DNA from: Patescibacteria group bacterium
GTDB lineage: Bacteria > Patescibacteriota > Microgenomatia > Levybacterales > UBA12049
NCBI GenBank assembly: GCA_038063415.1
Contig: JBBTVD010000006.1
Span: 221,882-285,881, forward strand
DNA length: 64,000 bases
Reading direction: 5' to 3'
The position numbers were made by a program, and so were the translations under genes. Numbering within the stretch: the stretch's first letter is position 1; each line of letters opens with the position of its first letter. A model generated the notes under the pieces. It was not told the origin of the DNA. It saw only the letters and a program-made list of their open reading frames with translations, and did no database searches. Positions 38,641 to 48,181 of this stretch are shown here, piece by piece.

Positions 38641-38988
38641 TCTAGTCAATTTTGTAAGAATACGCAATGACCTGGTAAATGACGGTTCGAATCTGTGTAC
38701 CCTATCGCCTCAGAAATTGTTCTCTAAGCTAGAATGTAGGATACCATTCCATAATTAAACTGCTTTATTACGATGCATGGAAAAGAATCTACGCCACGCC
38801 AAGACAATCTTGCTACATTACCTGAAAGAAAACAAGCCGAAGCATTAGCCAGAGCCAATTTAGGACTTTATCGTCCCGACAATTTAGTAGTATCCCTCAG
38901 ACGGATAGCACAAAAGACAGATGCTTCGATGTGGACAAATAGACTTACTCAAGGAGATGATGTTGAGACAGCTGCTTATTTTTTAGTA

Positions 38989-40788
38989 CTAGGACTGTAT
39001 TTCGGCTTCAGAAACCAGATTCTCAGGTAAACGGAAAATCCCTTCATCAAGCCTTTTTTGATCAAGGAAATGAGAGATAAACCCAACAGAGCGGGAAAGC
39101 ACAAAAAGAGCGTTAAAGAATTCACTTGCCACCAGTCGCTTCAGTTCACGATCAGAGACTCCTTCTTTTTCTGACAAAAGGTCCAGAAGCACCGCAGCAA
39201 TCGCGCCATCAACATTAAGGATGAGATTACCTTTTTTTGCTGTAGTAATCTTTTCAACAGAGAGTGCAAAGTGAGTAAAGCGTTTATGTGTTAACGATTT
39301 GGCAAACTGTTCGATTTCTTTGACCCGTGGATCGGGAGCGTCACTACGATACTTTTTGTGACCAATACCGGAGATGTATTGTCTTTTACTTGCAAACTCC
39401 TCGACAAAATTAGCAGGGTCTTTTTCTGAGCTAACACCTGTCAGCCAATTGGCTGCAGCTTGGTTAATTGCTCCACCAAATCGTGGCCCAATAGTAAGCA
39501 GTCCAGCAGAAAGTGAGGAAACCAGATCGCGTCCTGCTCTTGCCGTCACAATCGTATTCATCGCTCCAGAAACGTACGGCCCATGATCAGCAAGAAGCCG
39601 TAGAACAAAATCCGTAAAGTTCTCGAGTTCTTTGGAATGGATCTTCTTGCCCAAGAACATCGACATGACCAGGGTTGCAAACGACTCTTGTTTAACAATG
39701 GTCAATAAATCTTCTCCCAAGAGTTGCGGTTGTCCGTTCTTCACTCCAGAAATACTGGTGGTGATAAGCGCCCGTTGACGATTAATAAGGCTGTCGATAT
39801 CAAAGGTATAAGCTAACCCTTCAGGCACAAAGTCTTCAGGAATTGCTTGAATTTGACTCAGAAACTCAGCGTATGAATCAGCAACCTGTGCTCCTGATTG
39901 ACGAAGCATGATTCGTTTCCCGCGAGCACTTTCTTCTTGCTTTGATGCCATAGCTTTTGCATGACCAAACTGCGGGGGAGTGACAAACATTTCAGCAACG
40001 GTTCCAGCGATATAACAAATAACTTTCTTCGTTATTTTTTTTGCTTTAAGTAGATCAGCAAGTAGCGCTTCATCCGTCCCTCCGAGTTCACCAAAATACA
40101 CGATTGTCTTGGTCTGTGGGTCTTTTTCTGCTGCCAGAAAAGCCATCTCAGGCGTCGTCATCGGGAAGCGCTCACCACCAAATGACAATGAGAAAGAAAT
40201 TCGCTTGCCATAATGGGTAACCGTATTAATAATTTCATTGGTCATTCCACCAGATGAAGATAACACCGCCACTGATCCTGGAGTAAAAAGATGTGCAGTT
40301 GTTAGTTGTCGCACGTCTACCCCACCAATGGCTCCAAGCTTCATTACCGAGGGAAGAATAATACCGATACTCGCAGGCCCAGTCAGAAAGATTTTTTTCT
40401 TTTGCGCTTGCGCGTAGAGTGCAATAGCATGTTGTTCTGGGACATTTTCGGCGAAAACAATCCCACCAATCAAAGAGGGAAGAGTAGTAAGTGCTTCTTC
40501 CGTTGAGGAAAAGGTTCTTCTCCCCGATGAGAGATTAATAAAAAAGTTTGCTTCCTCTCGAATCTTTTTGGGGACATCACTGACTGATGGGAAGACAGGG
40601 ATGAGCACTTCACGCTTTCCCCAGAAGTATCGTTCGTAATTGCGTCCTGCTGCGATAATTGCTCTGATACTTGGTTCCTTTTTCCCGGATACATAATCAA
40701 AATCAAGCATTGACTGCATGATTGCAGGATAGCTACCAAGAGCAATTACTTGCACCTGTGTTTTTCGTAATGTTTGAATGTCTAACAT
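38989..40788 (-). CDS. aclA: ATP-citrate lyase alpha subunit
   Basis: GPASIG, SSSGGMTNE, GELGG, phospho-His motif QFGHAKA, citryl-CoA lyase motifs ADHGPYVSGA, IGPRFGGA, GIGHK, LNVDG. Confidence 0.92.
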   Translation of the reverse strand: MLDIQTLRKTQVQVIALGSYPAIMQSMLDFDYVSGKKEPSIRAIIAAGRNYERYFWGKREVLIPVFPSVSDVPKKIREEANFFINLSSGRRTFSSTEEALTTLPSLIGGIVFAENVPEQHAIALYAQAQKKKIFLTGPASIGIILPSVMKLGAIGGVDVRQLTTAHLFTPGSVAVLSSSGGMTNEIINTVTHYGKRISFSLSFGGERFPMTTPEMAFLAAEKDPQTKTIVYFGELGGTDEALLADLLKAKKITKKVICYIAGTVAEMFVTPPQFGHAKAMASKQEESARGKRIMLRQSGAQVADSYAEFLSQIQAIPEDFVPEGLAYTFDIDSLINRQRALITTSISGVKNGQPQLLGEDLLTIVKQESFATLVMSMFLGKKIHSKELENFTDFVLRLLADHGPYVSGAMNTIVTARAGRDLVSSLSAGLLTIGPRFGGAINQAAANWLTGVSSEKDPANFVEEFASKRQYISGIGHKKYRSDAPDPRVKEIEQFAKSLTHKRFTHFALSVEKITTAKKGNLILNVDGAIAAVLLDLLSEKEGVSDRELKRLVASEFFNALFVLSRSVGFISHFLDQKRLDEGIFRLPENLVSEAEIQS

Positions 40789-40789
40789 A

Positions 40790-42025
40790 TTAGATTGTTT
40801 TAATTGCTTTACCAATAATGTCTGGCAGGGGAGTGGTCTGGTCTCCAACAAACCCCAATAGTTTTTCTTTTTCAAGAAATGCTTCCATCTGGGCAAGTCC
40901 TTCTTCTTGATGTGGTCCACCTCGTCTGACGAATACTTGAATATGCTGCTTATGCAATGCTCCTGCTACTTCTTGTAATGCTCGTATCAGTCCACTAAAG
41001 GTAATTCGAACATCTGAAAAATTGGCAACGCCTCCAGCAATGATGAGTACTTTCTTTTTTGCTTTTGATCTCAAAAGGAGACTTACCAAATTTTTGGTAT
41101 ATAAATATACTTCTTCAGCATTGGGGTTACCACTGTATTCCCCATAGTTGGCAAGTTGTTTACCATAACCCAAATTATATCCTTCATCAGCAAGCACAAT
41201 ACTTGCCCCTCCACCGGAAAGAAGCATAAAGATGCCGCCATCCAAGTTGAGCATCTCAAGACTAAATGACGCTTGGCTTTTTTCGGACAATGCGTCTATG
41301 TTGTTTTCTTCTGTCGTTTTCTCTCTGGTCTGCGCTGCTCGGAAATCTGTTTCTGTCCAGGCATGGTGGACAAAAAAGAGTCCCGAACTATCAACTTCAG
41401 CCGCAACATCAAGCAGTGAGATGTTAGTTCCTTCCACTACCAATGGATTTATTTCAAAAAAAGAGAAATGATACTCATTAAAGGTAGAAATAAGTTTTTT
41501 TAAAAATTCTTTTGGCAAATTTAAAGCCTTTATAACTTTGTCATTCTCGCGAAGGCGGGAATCCAGCCCTGCTAAAGCACGATCCATAGATTCCGGCTCG
41601 GAGGCCGGAATGACAGGAATAAGCAGTTGATTAATTGAATTCCGATTCTCTTCAATATCGATCCCTCCCTTTACTGAAAATAACACTTCGATACCTTCAC
41701 GCGTCCGAGAAAGTGAAAGATACTTTTCTGATTCTTGTGAATGGGGGAGAAATGCTTCAATAATGACATGCGAGTATCCCTTGGCAAACAGTTTCTTTGC
41801 TTCCTTCTCTACATCAATTGACGAAACCTTCAGCGCGACAAGCCCTTGTTTCATGCGCTTTTTGACTCCTTCATCGACTTTTACGACATACGTCTGTTTC
41901 GGATCAAGTTTTTCAAGTATTTTTCTATCATCAGTTTTTGTAAAACTAATCCCCTGGTAGGGGAGACCGAGTTCTTTTGTGAGGATTCCTTTTGCACTGT
42001 ATTCACTTATTTTTTTTCGTGCCAT
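40790..42025 (-). CDS. aclB: ATP-citrate lyase beta subunit
   Basis: MARKKISEY, ATP-grasp VVKVD..VKKR, GGIDIE, EINP, GGGAS, NYGEYSGNP, GGVANF, RRGGP. Confidence 0.92.
   Translation of the reverse strand: MARKKISEYSAKGILTKELGLPYQGISFTKTDDRKILEKLDPKQTYVVKVDEGVKKRMKQGLVALKVSSIDVEKEAKKLFAKGYSHVIIEAFLPHSQESEKYLSLSRTREGIEVLFSVKGGIDIEENRNSINQLLIPVIPASEPESMDRALAGLDSRLRENDKVIKALNLPKEFLKKLISTFNEYHFSFFEINPLVVEGTNISLLDVAAEVDSSGLFFVHHAWTETDFRAAQTREKTTEENNIDALSEKSQASFSLEMLNLDGGIFMLLSGGGASIVLADEGYNLGYGKQLANYGEYSGNPNAEEVYLYTKNLVSLLLRSKAKKKVLIIAGGVANFSDVRITFSGLIRALQEVAGALHKQHIQVFVRRGGPHQEEGLAQMEAFLEKEKLLGFVGDQTTPLPDIIGKAIKTI
41540..41614. repeat. GTCAT REP-like element (copy 4, divergent subfamily), in frame in aclB
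   Basis: GTCATTCTCGCGAAGGCGGGAATCC...GATTCCGGCTCGGAGGCCGGAATGAC, 75 bp, translated VIPASEPESMDRALAGLDSRLREND. Confidence 0.88.
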
Positions 42026-42052
42026 GAGGTAATTATACCATGAGTTAAGGAG

Positions 42053-43810
42053 TTAATACTCTTCAAGAGTTGAGGTGTCTCCAACTTCTTGTCCGAGCTC
42101 TTTTGCTTTAAGGATTCTCCGCATAATCTTTCCCGAACGAGTCTTGGGGAGCTTGTCAATAAAAGCAATCTCTCGAGGATAGGCATGCCCTGCAAGATGT
42201 TTTTTGACATGTATCTTAAGTTTTTCTTTCAGTTCATCGTTTTGTTCAACACCTGGTTTTATGACAACAAATGCTTTGATAATCTCCCCTCTGACTGGAT
42301 CTGGCTTGCCAATAACTCCTGCTTCAACCACGTCAGGATATTCCACAAGGGCACTCTCCACTTCAAATGGTCCGACTCGCTCCCCGGCGGTATTGATCAC
42401 ATCATCAGCTCTCCCGATAAACCAGAAGTAGCCATCTTTATCTTGGTATGCCTTATCACCCGAAAGATACCATTGACCATTAAAGTAAGAATCAAACTTT
42501 GCTTTATTGTGCCAGATTGTTTTCATGAGAGAAGAAACAGTGCTTGCTTTGAGTGCCAGATGCCCTTCCTCCCCTACTGGTACTTCCTTACCCTCATCAT
42601 CGATAATAGCAGCTTTTATTCCTGGTAACGGTTTCCCCATTGAACCAGGCTTTATGTCCAGAGCAGGATAGTTGGTAATACTAATCCCCCCCAGTTCTGT
42701 CTGCCACCACGTATCATGAAATGCTAGCCCGTACGTCTCAAGACCCCACCAGATGGCTTCAGGATTGAGTGGCTCCCCCACACTGCAAAGATGTCGCAAA
42801 GAAGAAAGGTTAAACCCTTTGACATCAACCGTTGCTCCCATGAGCAGTCGAATTGCTGTGGGAGCGGTATACCAGACGGTTACTTTGTATTCTGCAAGAA
42901 GCGTATGCCAATTCTCAGGATTAAACCTTCCTTCATAAAGAACGGATGTGCTTCCAAGCCCCATGGGGCCAAGCACGCCGTACACAACCCCTGTTACCCA
43001 GCCAAGATCTGCCGTACACCAATACACGTCATCTTCATGGAGATCGAGCACATATTTGGTTGTTACCATAGCTTGCAGAACATCATAATGACTGTGGACA
43101 ACTCCTTTTGGCTTGCCTGTTGTTCCTGAAGTATAAAGCATGTACGAGTAGTCTTCTTTTTGCATATGGGCGATTGCAAAGTTGTCGCTAGCTTTTTTCA
43201 TCTCTTCTTCGTAAGAAATGATGTTCTCTCCTACCGGCTTAGTTACTGACCCCCGACCAATAATAATCACTTTCTCAAGATGAGGCAGGTCTTTCCAGAT
43301 CTTTTCGATTCGAGGATAAAGAGAAGCTGTTGTTATCACGACTTTGGCTTCACTATCGGAAAGTCGGTCGGAAAGCGCCATCTCCTGAAATGCGGAGAAA
43401 AGTACTCCCGCAATCGCTCCTACTTTGAGCGTCCCGAGGAAGGCAACTACACGCTCTGGAATCGCTGGAACAAAGAGAAAGACTCTATCGCCTTTGTGGA
43501 CATCATACGAGGTAAGTACATTGGCAAACTTGTCCGTTAGTTTCTTAAGCTTTGCATACGAATATACTTCTTTGTCACCATCTGCACTTTCAAAAAGTAT
43601 TGCAGCTTTATTTTTGTTCTTTCCTTTGGCATGTCGATCAACACAATTGTACGCGATGTTTAGTGTCCCATCAGGAAAGAACTCTATCAGCTCTTTCTCT
43701 GCTTTTTGCCACGTAAACACTTTATATGTTTTTGTGTAAGTAGTTATATTTGGCGCTACAGGAACATTCTGTATCGCTTTTTTAATGATAGTTCCTTTCT
43801 GTGTGTTCAT
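42053..43810 (-). CDS. acsA: Acetate--CoA ligase (AMP-forming)
   Basis: LNIAYNCVDRH, YTSGTTGKPKG, SVGEPLNPE, DTWWQTE, GRADD, PKTRSGKIMRR. Confidence 0.95.
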   Translation of the reverse strand: MNTQKGTIIKKAIQNVPVAPNITTYTKTYKVFTWQKAEKELIEFFPDGTLNIAYNCVDRHAKGKNKNKAAILFESADGDKEVYSYAKLKKLTDKFANVLTSYDVHKGDRVFLFVPAIPERVVAFLGTLKVGAIAGVLFSAFQEMALSDRLSDSEAKVVITTASLYPRIEKIWKDLPHLEKVIIIGRGSVTKPVGENIISYEEEMKKASDNFAIAHMQKEDYSYMLYTSGTTGKPKGVVHSHYDVLQAMVTTKYVLDLHEDDVYWCTADLGWVTGVVYGVLGPMGLGSTSVLYEGRFNPENWHTLLAEYKVTVWYTAPTAIRLLMGATVDVKGFNLSSLRHLCSVGEPLNPEAIWWGLETYGLAFHDTWWQTELGGISITNYPALDIKPGSMGKPLPGIKAAIIDDEGKEVPVGEEGHLALKASTVSSLMKTIWHNKAKFDSYFNGQWYLSGDKAYQDKDGYFWFIGRADDVINTAGERVGPFEVESALVEYPDVVEAGVIGKPDPVRGEIIKAFVVIKPGVEQNDELKEKLKIHVKKHLAGHAYPREIAFIDKLPKTRSGKIMRRILKAKELGQEVGDTSTLEEY

Positions 43811-46579
43811 TTATTTCTCCTCTTTTTTCATTTCTTTGTATGCATCCATAATACAAAAATTGGTGACTAGTGACAAACCATAATCCTGTGCAAACGCTAC
43901 GGCCTCTGGGCTACTCACGCCATCTTGCAGCCACACCATACGGATATCCCCTCGTTCGACCACTTCCTGCAAATGGGGAATTACTTCTGTCGGCCTGCGA
44001 AAGATGTCAACGATATCTATGGGAATTTCTTTGGGTATAGCTTGTAATGTTGCATAAGACTTCTCACCAAGGATAGTAGTAAGTTTTGGGTTCACTGGAA
44101 TGATTCTATAGCCTTTTCCCTGGAAATATTTTGCGACTCGATAACTGTGTCTTTCAGGATTATCCGACAAACCAATCACCGCAATGGTACGAGCATACTT
44201 CAATACATCCTCATAATTCACATCACTTCCGATTTCTTTCATTGAACGTTTTCCTGCCCATTGCCAGTTCTCAATCGCGCCAGGATCTGCTCCAACTTTG
44301 GTGATGTAAATAAAGTGATCCTTGAGAGCTTTCTTATACTTTTTAATCAGTGTCGCAGCTTTTGATGGCATGATTGCATGTTCATGCACAGCTTTTTCAA
44401 GTGTTTCTATCGCAAGGTGATACCTGTCTGTTTCGTTACGAACCTGCATATCAAAGGGCGTGGTCGTTCCTCCTTCTTCACGATAGCCATGGATACTAAA
44501 CCGTTCAGGGTGCTTCACCGTAAAGAGCATACTTTTAAGTACTTCAGGATATCCATGGAAGGTCACAATGACGGACTTATCAACCGTCAAGTATTTCTCT
44601 GCATCAGGAATTTGTGGCTGGAAATGATCGGTTAGCGCTGATGCAGCTTGGAGTCGAAGCATATTGACGAAACGAATACGTACTTCTGGAGCATCTTGTT
44701 TGACCAGTTCAATCGCAGCAAGAGCCTCTTTGGTAACATAATCACCAATGCCCACAAGCACCACATGCGGATTATCATCACTGGCAAAGTCCCACGTTGC
44801 AATCCCTTTTTTGAGCGCCTGTTTTGCTTGAGGATACGTTAACCAACGAGGTTCAGGAGTTTTGCCAGCAACAACAATATTCATTTGATTTTTAGACGCC
44901 ATTGTCTCATCAAGGGTAGCCAGCATACTATTGTCATCAACGGGGAAATATACCTTGATAAAATCATTTTGTTTTTCAAGCATGCCAGAGATAAAACTAG
45001 GGTTTTGGTGGGAGTACCCATTGTGCTCCTGTCGCCAGGCTGTTGAGGTCAAAAAATAATTAATCGAAGGGATGTCTTCTCGCCAAGGCATCTTGCGGAC
45101 ATATTTCAAAAACTTCTGATACATATGACTCATACTTGAGAAAATCTGGGAGAAAGCTTCATACGTCGTAAAGACCGCATGACGACCAGTTAAGACATAC
45201 CCCTGGGCAAGTCCATGCATCGTGTGTTCTGAAAGCATTTCCATCACACGACCATCGGTAGTGATATCTTTGTCTCCTGGATCATGCGGCCAGACAAATC
45301 CCCGCGCTGTTTCTGTAAACACAGCATCAAGCCGATTAGAATAGGTTTCATCAGGAGACATAAGACGGAAGTTCTTTTGTTTTTTGTTGAGGGCAAAGAT
45401 TTCTTTGAGATATGTTCCTGCCATACGCATTGCATTTGAGTGAATCTCACCGGGTGTTTCAAGTGGCTTTGCGAGCTTCTTGCCATCAGGTAAGGTAAGT
45501 GGTGTATAATTTTTGCCAAACATGTGCGGATTATCTCCCAATCGGAGATCCCCTGTTGGAATGCTATCCGTTACTTCTTTTGCAAAACCTTTTGTACGAT
45601 CAAAGAGTTCTTCAAAATGGTACGAGCGCAACCACTCTTCCAAGGCCTGCAGTTCTTGCTCATCACCTCGAACATTGGGCATAACCACTTGATGGGCTTG
45701 TATTGTTCCCTCAATGGCTTTCCCTCGAAGCTTTTTGATCGTCGTCCAGCCTTTGGGAGTCTGAAGAATAATCATTGGGAATCGAGGTCTGACGGCATCT
45801 TTTTTCTTGGCTGACTCCTGAATTGCACGAATACGCTGATAACACGTCTCCATCGTCTCTGCCATTTCTTCATAAATATTTTCTCCTCCGACAAAAAATG
45901 GTTCGTACCCATAGCCAGTGAAGAGTGCTTTTAGTTCTGTTTTACTCATCCGACCAAAGATTGTTGGACCTGAAATTTTGTAGCCATTGACATGCAGGAT
46001 TGGAAGGACTGCTCCATTGGTTGCTGGATTAATGAGTTTATTGGTATGCCATGCAGCGGCAATCGCGCCAGTCTCAGCTTCTCCATCGCCAATCAAGCAA
46101 ACTGCCAGAAGATCAGGATTATCAAGCACTGCTCCGTAGGCTGAAGCAAGTGAATAGCCAAGTTCTCCACCTTCAAGAATTAACCCAGGAGTTTCGGGAC
46201 TACAATGACTGGAAAAGCCATACGGCCAGGCAAACATTTTGGAAACGTATTTGATACCTTTCTCGTCAAGCGTTGCCTGTGGGTAGTATTTTTTAAGCGT
46301 ACCTTCAAGAAATAAATTTGCCTGGAGACCCGGCATCCCATGCCCTGGACCAAGGACAAAAACTGATGACTGATTGTGTCTTTTGACAAGCGCATTGGTG
46401 TGAGCATAGACAAAGTTTATTCCAGGACAAGTTCCCCAATGACCAAAAAGTTTTGGTTTGATATCAGATGACTTAAGCGGACGCTCGAGAAGAACGTTCT
46501 CCTGAAGATAGATTTGGGTAACCGTCAAATAGTTTGCGGCTCGTACATATGTTTTGATTTGCTCGATAGTTGTGTTCAT
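43811..46579 (-). CDS. xfp: Phosphoketolase fused to a C-terminal YccU-like CoA-binding domain
   Basis: GHWGTCPG, GPGHG, EGGELGY, GDGEAETG, NGYKI, SPDET.SN, LSEH, QEHNGYSHQ; then TIAVIGLSDNPER.SY...IIPVNP...DIVDIFR...VWLQ.G. Confidence 0.94.
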   Translation of the reverse strand: MNTTIEQIKTYVRAANYLTVTQIYLQENVLLERPLKSSDIKPKLFGHWGTCPGINFVYAHTNALVKRHNQSSVFVLGPGHGMPGLQANLFLEGTLKKYYPQATLDEKGIKYVSKMFAWPYGFSSHCSPETPGLILEGGELGYSLASAYGAVLDNPDLLAVCLIGDGEAETGAIAAAWHTNKLINPATNGAVLPILHVNGYKISGPTIFGRMSKTELKALFTGYGYEPFFVGGENIYEEMAETMETCYQRIRAIQESAKKKDAVRPRFPMIILQTPKGWTTIKKLRGKAIEGTIQAHQVVMPNVRGDEQELQALEEWLRSYHFEELFDRTKGFAKEVTDSIPTGDLRLGDNPHMFGKNYTPLTLPDGKKLAKPLETPGEIHSNAMRMAGTYLKEIFALNKKQKNFRLMSPDETYSNRLDAVFTETARGFVWPHDPGDKDITTDGRVMEMLSEHTMHGLAQGYVLTGRHAVFTTYEAFSQIFSSMSHMYQKFLKYVRKMPWREDIPSINYFLTSTAWRQEHNGYSHQNPSFISGMLEKQNDFIKVYFPVDDNSMLATLDETMASKNQMNIVVAGKTPEPRWLTYPQAKQALKKGIATWDFASDDNPHVVLVGIGDYVTKEALAAIELVKQDAPEVRIRFVNMLRLQAASALTDHFQPQIPDAEKYLTVDKSVIVTFHGYPEVLKSMLFTVKHPERFSIHGYREEGGTTTPFDMQVRNETDRYHLAIETLEKAVHEHAIMPSKAATLIKKYKKALKDHFIYITKVGADPGAIENWQWAGKRSMKEIGSDVNYEDVLKYARTIAVIGLSDNPERHSYRVAKYFQGKGYRIIPVNPKLTTILGEKSYATLQAIPKEIPIDIVDIFRRPTEVIPHLQEVVERGDIRMVWLQDGVSSPEAVAFAQDYGLSLVTNFCIMDAYKEMKKEEK

Positions 46580-46703
46580 AAGTAGTATAGATTTACTTCC
46601 CAAGCTAAGGGGAACATTCCTCCTTGCCTGCTCTCTTAATCAATACGCTACTGCTCAGACAAGACGATACACAATCATCCGTCTAAACTATTCTCTTTCG
46701 GCC

Positions 46704-46758
46704 GTCATCCTGGTAAACGAAGTGCATCCAGGATCGATTCTGGACAAGCCAGAATGAC
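46704..46758. repeat. GTCAT REP-like element (copy 5, downstream of greA)
   Basis: GTCATCCTGG-N14-CCAGGATC-GATTCTGGACAAGCCAGAATGAC; its last 23 bp are the exact reverse complement of the first 23 bp of copy 1. Confidence 0.9.
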
Positions 46759-46762
46759 GGTG

Positions 46763-47236
46763 TCAACCAATAGACACGACTCTATACATAACTGTTCCTG
46801 CTGGGGCTTCAACAGCAACCTCATCACCAACGGTTTTTCCAAGTAATGCTTTCCCAAGTGGTGATTCATGGGAAATTTTCTTTTGCTCAGGATCTGCCTC
46901 CCATTCACCAACAACATGAAAGACTGCTTCACGTGAGTTAATCTTGACCGTCACTTGTGAACCAAGCTCAACCATATTTGATGTATGATTACTATCATCG
47001 ATCAAAACAACTTGTTTCAGTAATAATTCAAGTTCTTCAATGCGTCCATCGATAAACGCGAGTTCTTCTTTTGCTGCAATATATTCTGCATTTTCTGAAA
47101 GATCTCCTTGATCGCGTGCTTCAGAAAGTCGTGCAACAATAGCCGGACGTTTCGTATTAAGGAGTTCGTTATATTCTTTTTTAAGGTCGTCAAGACCCTG
47201 TTTGGTGAGATACATTTTTTTGCTGTTTGGATTCAT
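46763..47236 (-). CDS. greA: Transcription elongation factor GreA
   Basis: ARDQGDLSENAEY, ISHESPLGKAL; upstream TTGACA-17 nt-TATACT. Confidence 0.97.
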   Translation of the reverse strand: MNPNSKKMYLTKQGLDDLKKEYNELLNTKRPAIVARLSEARDQGDLSENAEYIAAKEELAFIDGRIEELELLLKQVVLIDDSNHTSNMVELGSQVTVKINSREAVFHVVGEWEADPEQKKISHESPLGKALLGKTVGDEVAVEAPAGTVMYRVVSIG

Positions 47237-47278
47237 AAGATGATTTGTTTAGTAAATCTGAGCCAGTATATGTAATAT

Positions 47279-48181
47279 TCAAAACTTTGTCAATAAGCCT
47301 ACTTTTTCGCATTTCTCCCTGAAATTACGCAAAATATGCGTCTCATAATTATATGGGTGAAAAGCAAGTTTATGTTTTGTCACAATTTCATGCGTGTGAT
47401 GCTTACGAATGGTACGTAATTGTAACGCTTTGGAAACGTTGATAATAAGACCCTTACTGAGCAATGACTGCAGGACGTGTAAGACGAGATACTCCCGGCG
47501 CCATATCCGGCCAACAATGGGTAATAACTCCTGCGTGCTATTGGGTAAAAAAGTATGTATCCAGTCGTTTGCCGCAAGAAATCGTCTAAAGATATTCTCC
47601 CGTTCAAATAATGGCCGAACTTGTGCAATTTCATGCGCTGTATAGAGATTTTGTTTTGCTTTTTCCCAGTGAAGATGTGTTTCATCAATAAGTAAATTGA
47701 CACACACTTTATCAGGAGCAGTCTGCTCCCCTGCACGACGACGAAGGCCATATGCCTCAAGTAAAGACAAAATAATAAGTCGAGTACTATACAGTGTTTC
47801 TTTTTTGGTGATGATAAAAAAATCAATATCATCTTGTGGACGGGCATCTCCAACAGCAAGACTACCACTCACGCCAATAAAAAGTATTGTCGGGATATAC
47901 GAAAGCTTCTGAGCGATGGTATTGGCAGCATGCATTTTCTGCAGAAAAAGCTCGCGATGCTCCTCTCTTTTGGAAAGAGAAGCTTCACTGCCTGATAAGC
48001 AATACAAGCCATCTTTGGTGATAACATGTGGGATACCATCTTGTAATACTTTTTCAAACCCCTTTTTGCTTAGTGGTCGACGGGTAATCAAAAACTTCCA
48101 TAGCTCTTCTTTTGCCAAGGGAAAGGCAAAGAGATCACTATAGAGTACGGTTCTAAGGATTGCTTGTTGCTGATATGTCAT
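47279..48181 (-). CDS. Hypothetical protein with a Pol-beta-like nucleotidyltransferase motif
   Basis: GVSGSLA...DDIDFFI (GS...DxD), DKVCVN, YTAHE. Confidence 0.7.
   Translation of the reverse strand: MTYQQQAILRTVLYSDLFAFPLAKEELWKFLITRRPLSKKGFEKVLQDGIPHVITKDGLYCLSGSEASLSKREEHRELFLQKMHAANTIAQKLSYIPTILFIGVSGSLAVGDARPQDDIDFFIITKKETLYSTRLIILSLLEAYGLRRRAGEQTAPDKVCVNLLIDETHLHWEKAKQNLYTAHEIAQVRPLFERENIFRRFLAANDWIHTFLPNSTQELLPIVGRIWRREYLVLHVLQSLLSKGLIINVSKALQLRTIRKHHTHEIVTKHKLAFHPYNYETHILRNFREKCEKVGLLTKF

Noticed and set aside
38682-38696. ACGGTTCGAATCTGT resembles a tRNA T-arm
   Set aside because: No acceptor, D or anticodon stem can be built around it.
38773-39030. 85-aa plus-strand ORF between murB and aclA
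   Set aside because: No recognisable motif and it overlaps the aclA 3' end; it may be a gene fragment but cannot be supported.
38989-42025. aclAB as evidence of autotrophic reverse TCA, or as succinyl-CoA synthetase
   Set aside because: No other rTCA genes are in the window, and the fused citryl-CoA lyase domain identifies ACL rather than SucCD.
46580-46700. Possible structured RNA upstream of xfp (AGACG/CGTCT and TTGTCTG/CAGGCAA pairings)
   Set aside because: Short stems only, with no terminator or known riboswitch consensus.
11609-46758. REP-like copies considered as CRISPR repeats or integron attC sites
   Set aside because: They are dispersed over 35 kb, not regularly spaced, lack RYYYAAC/GTTRRRY cores, and there is no integrase or cas gene.
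46705-46932. 75-aa ORF ending VILACPESILDALRLPG, and a similar ORF at 26811-27008
   Set aside because: Alternate-frame read-through into REP-like elements, overlapping greA or lysS.
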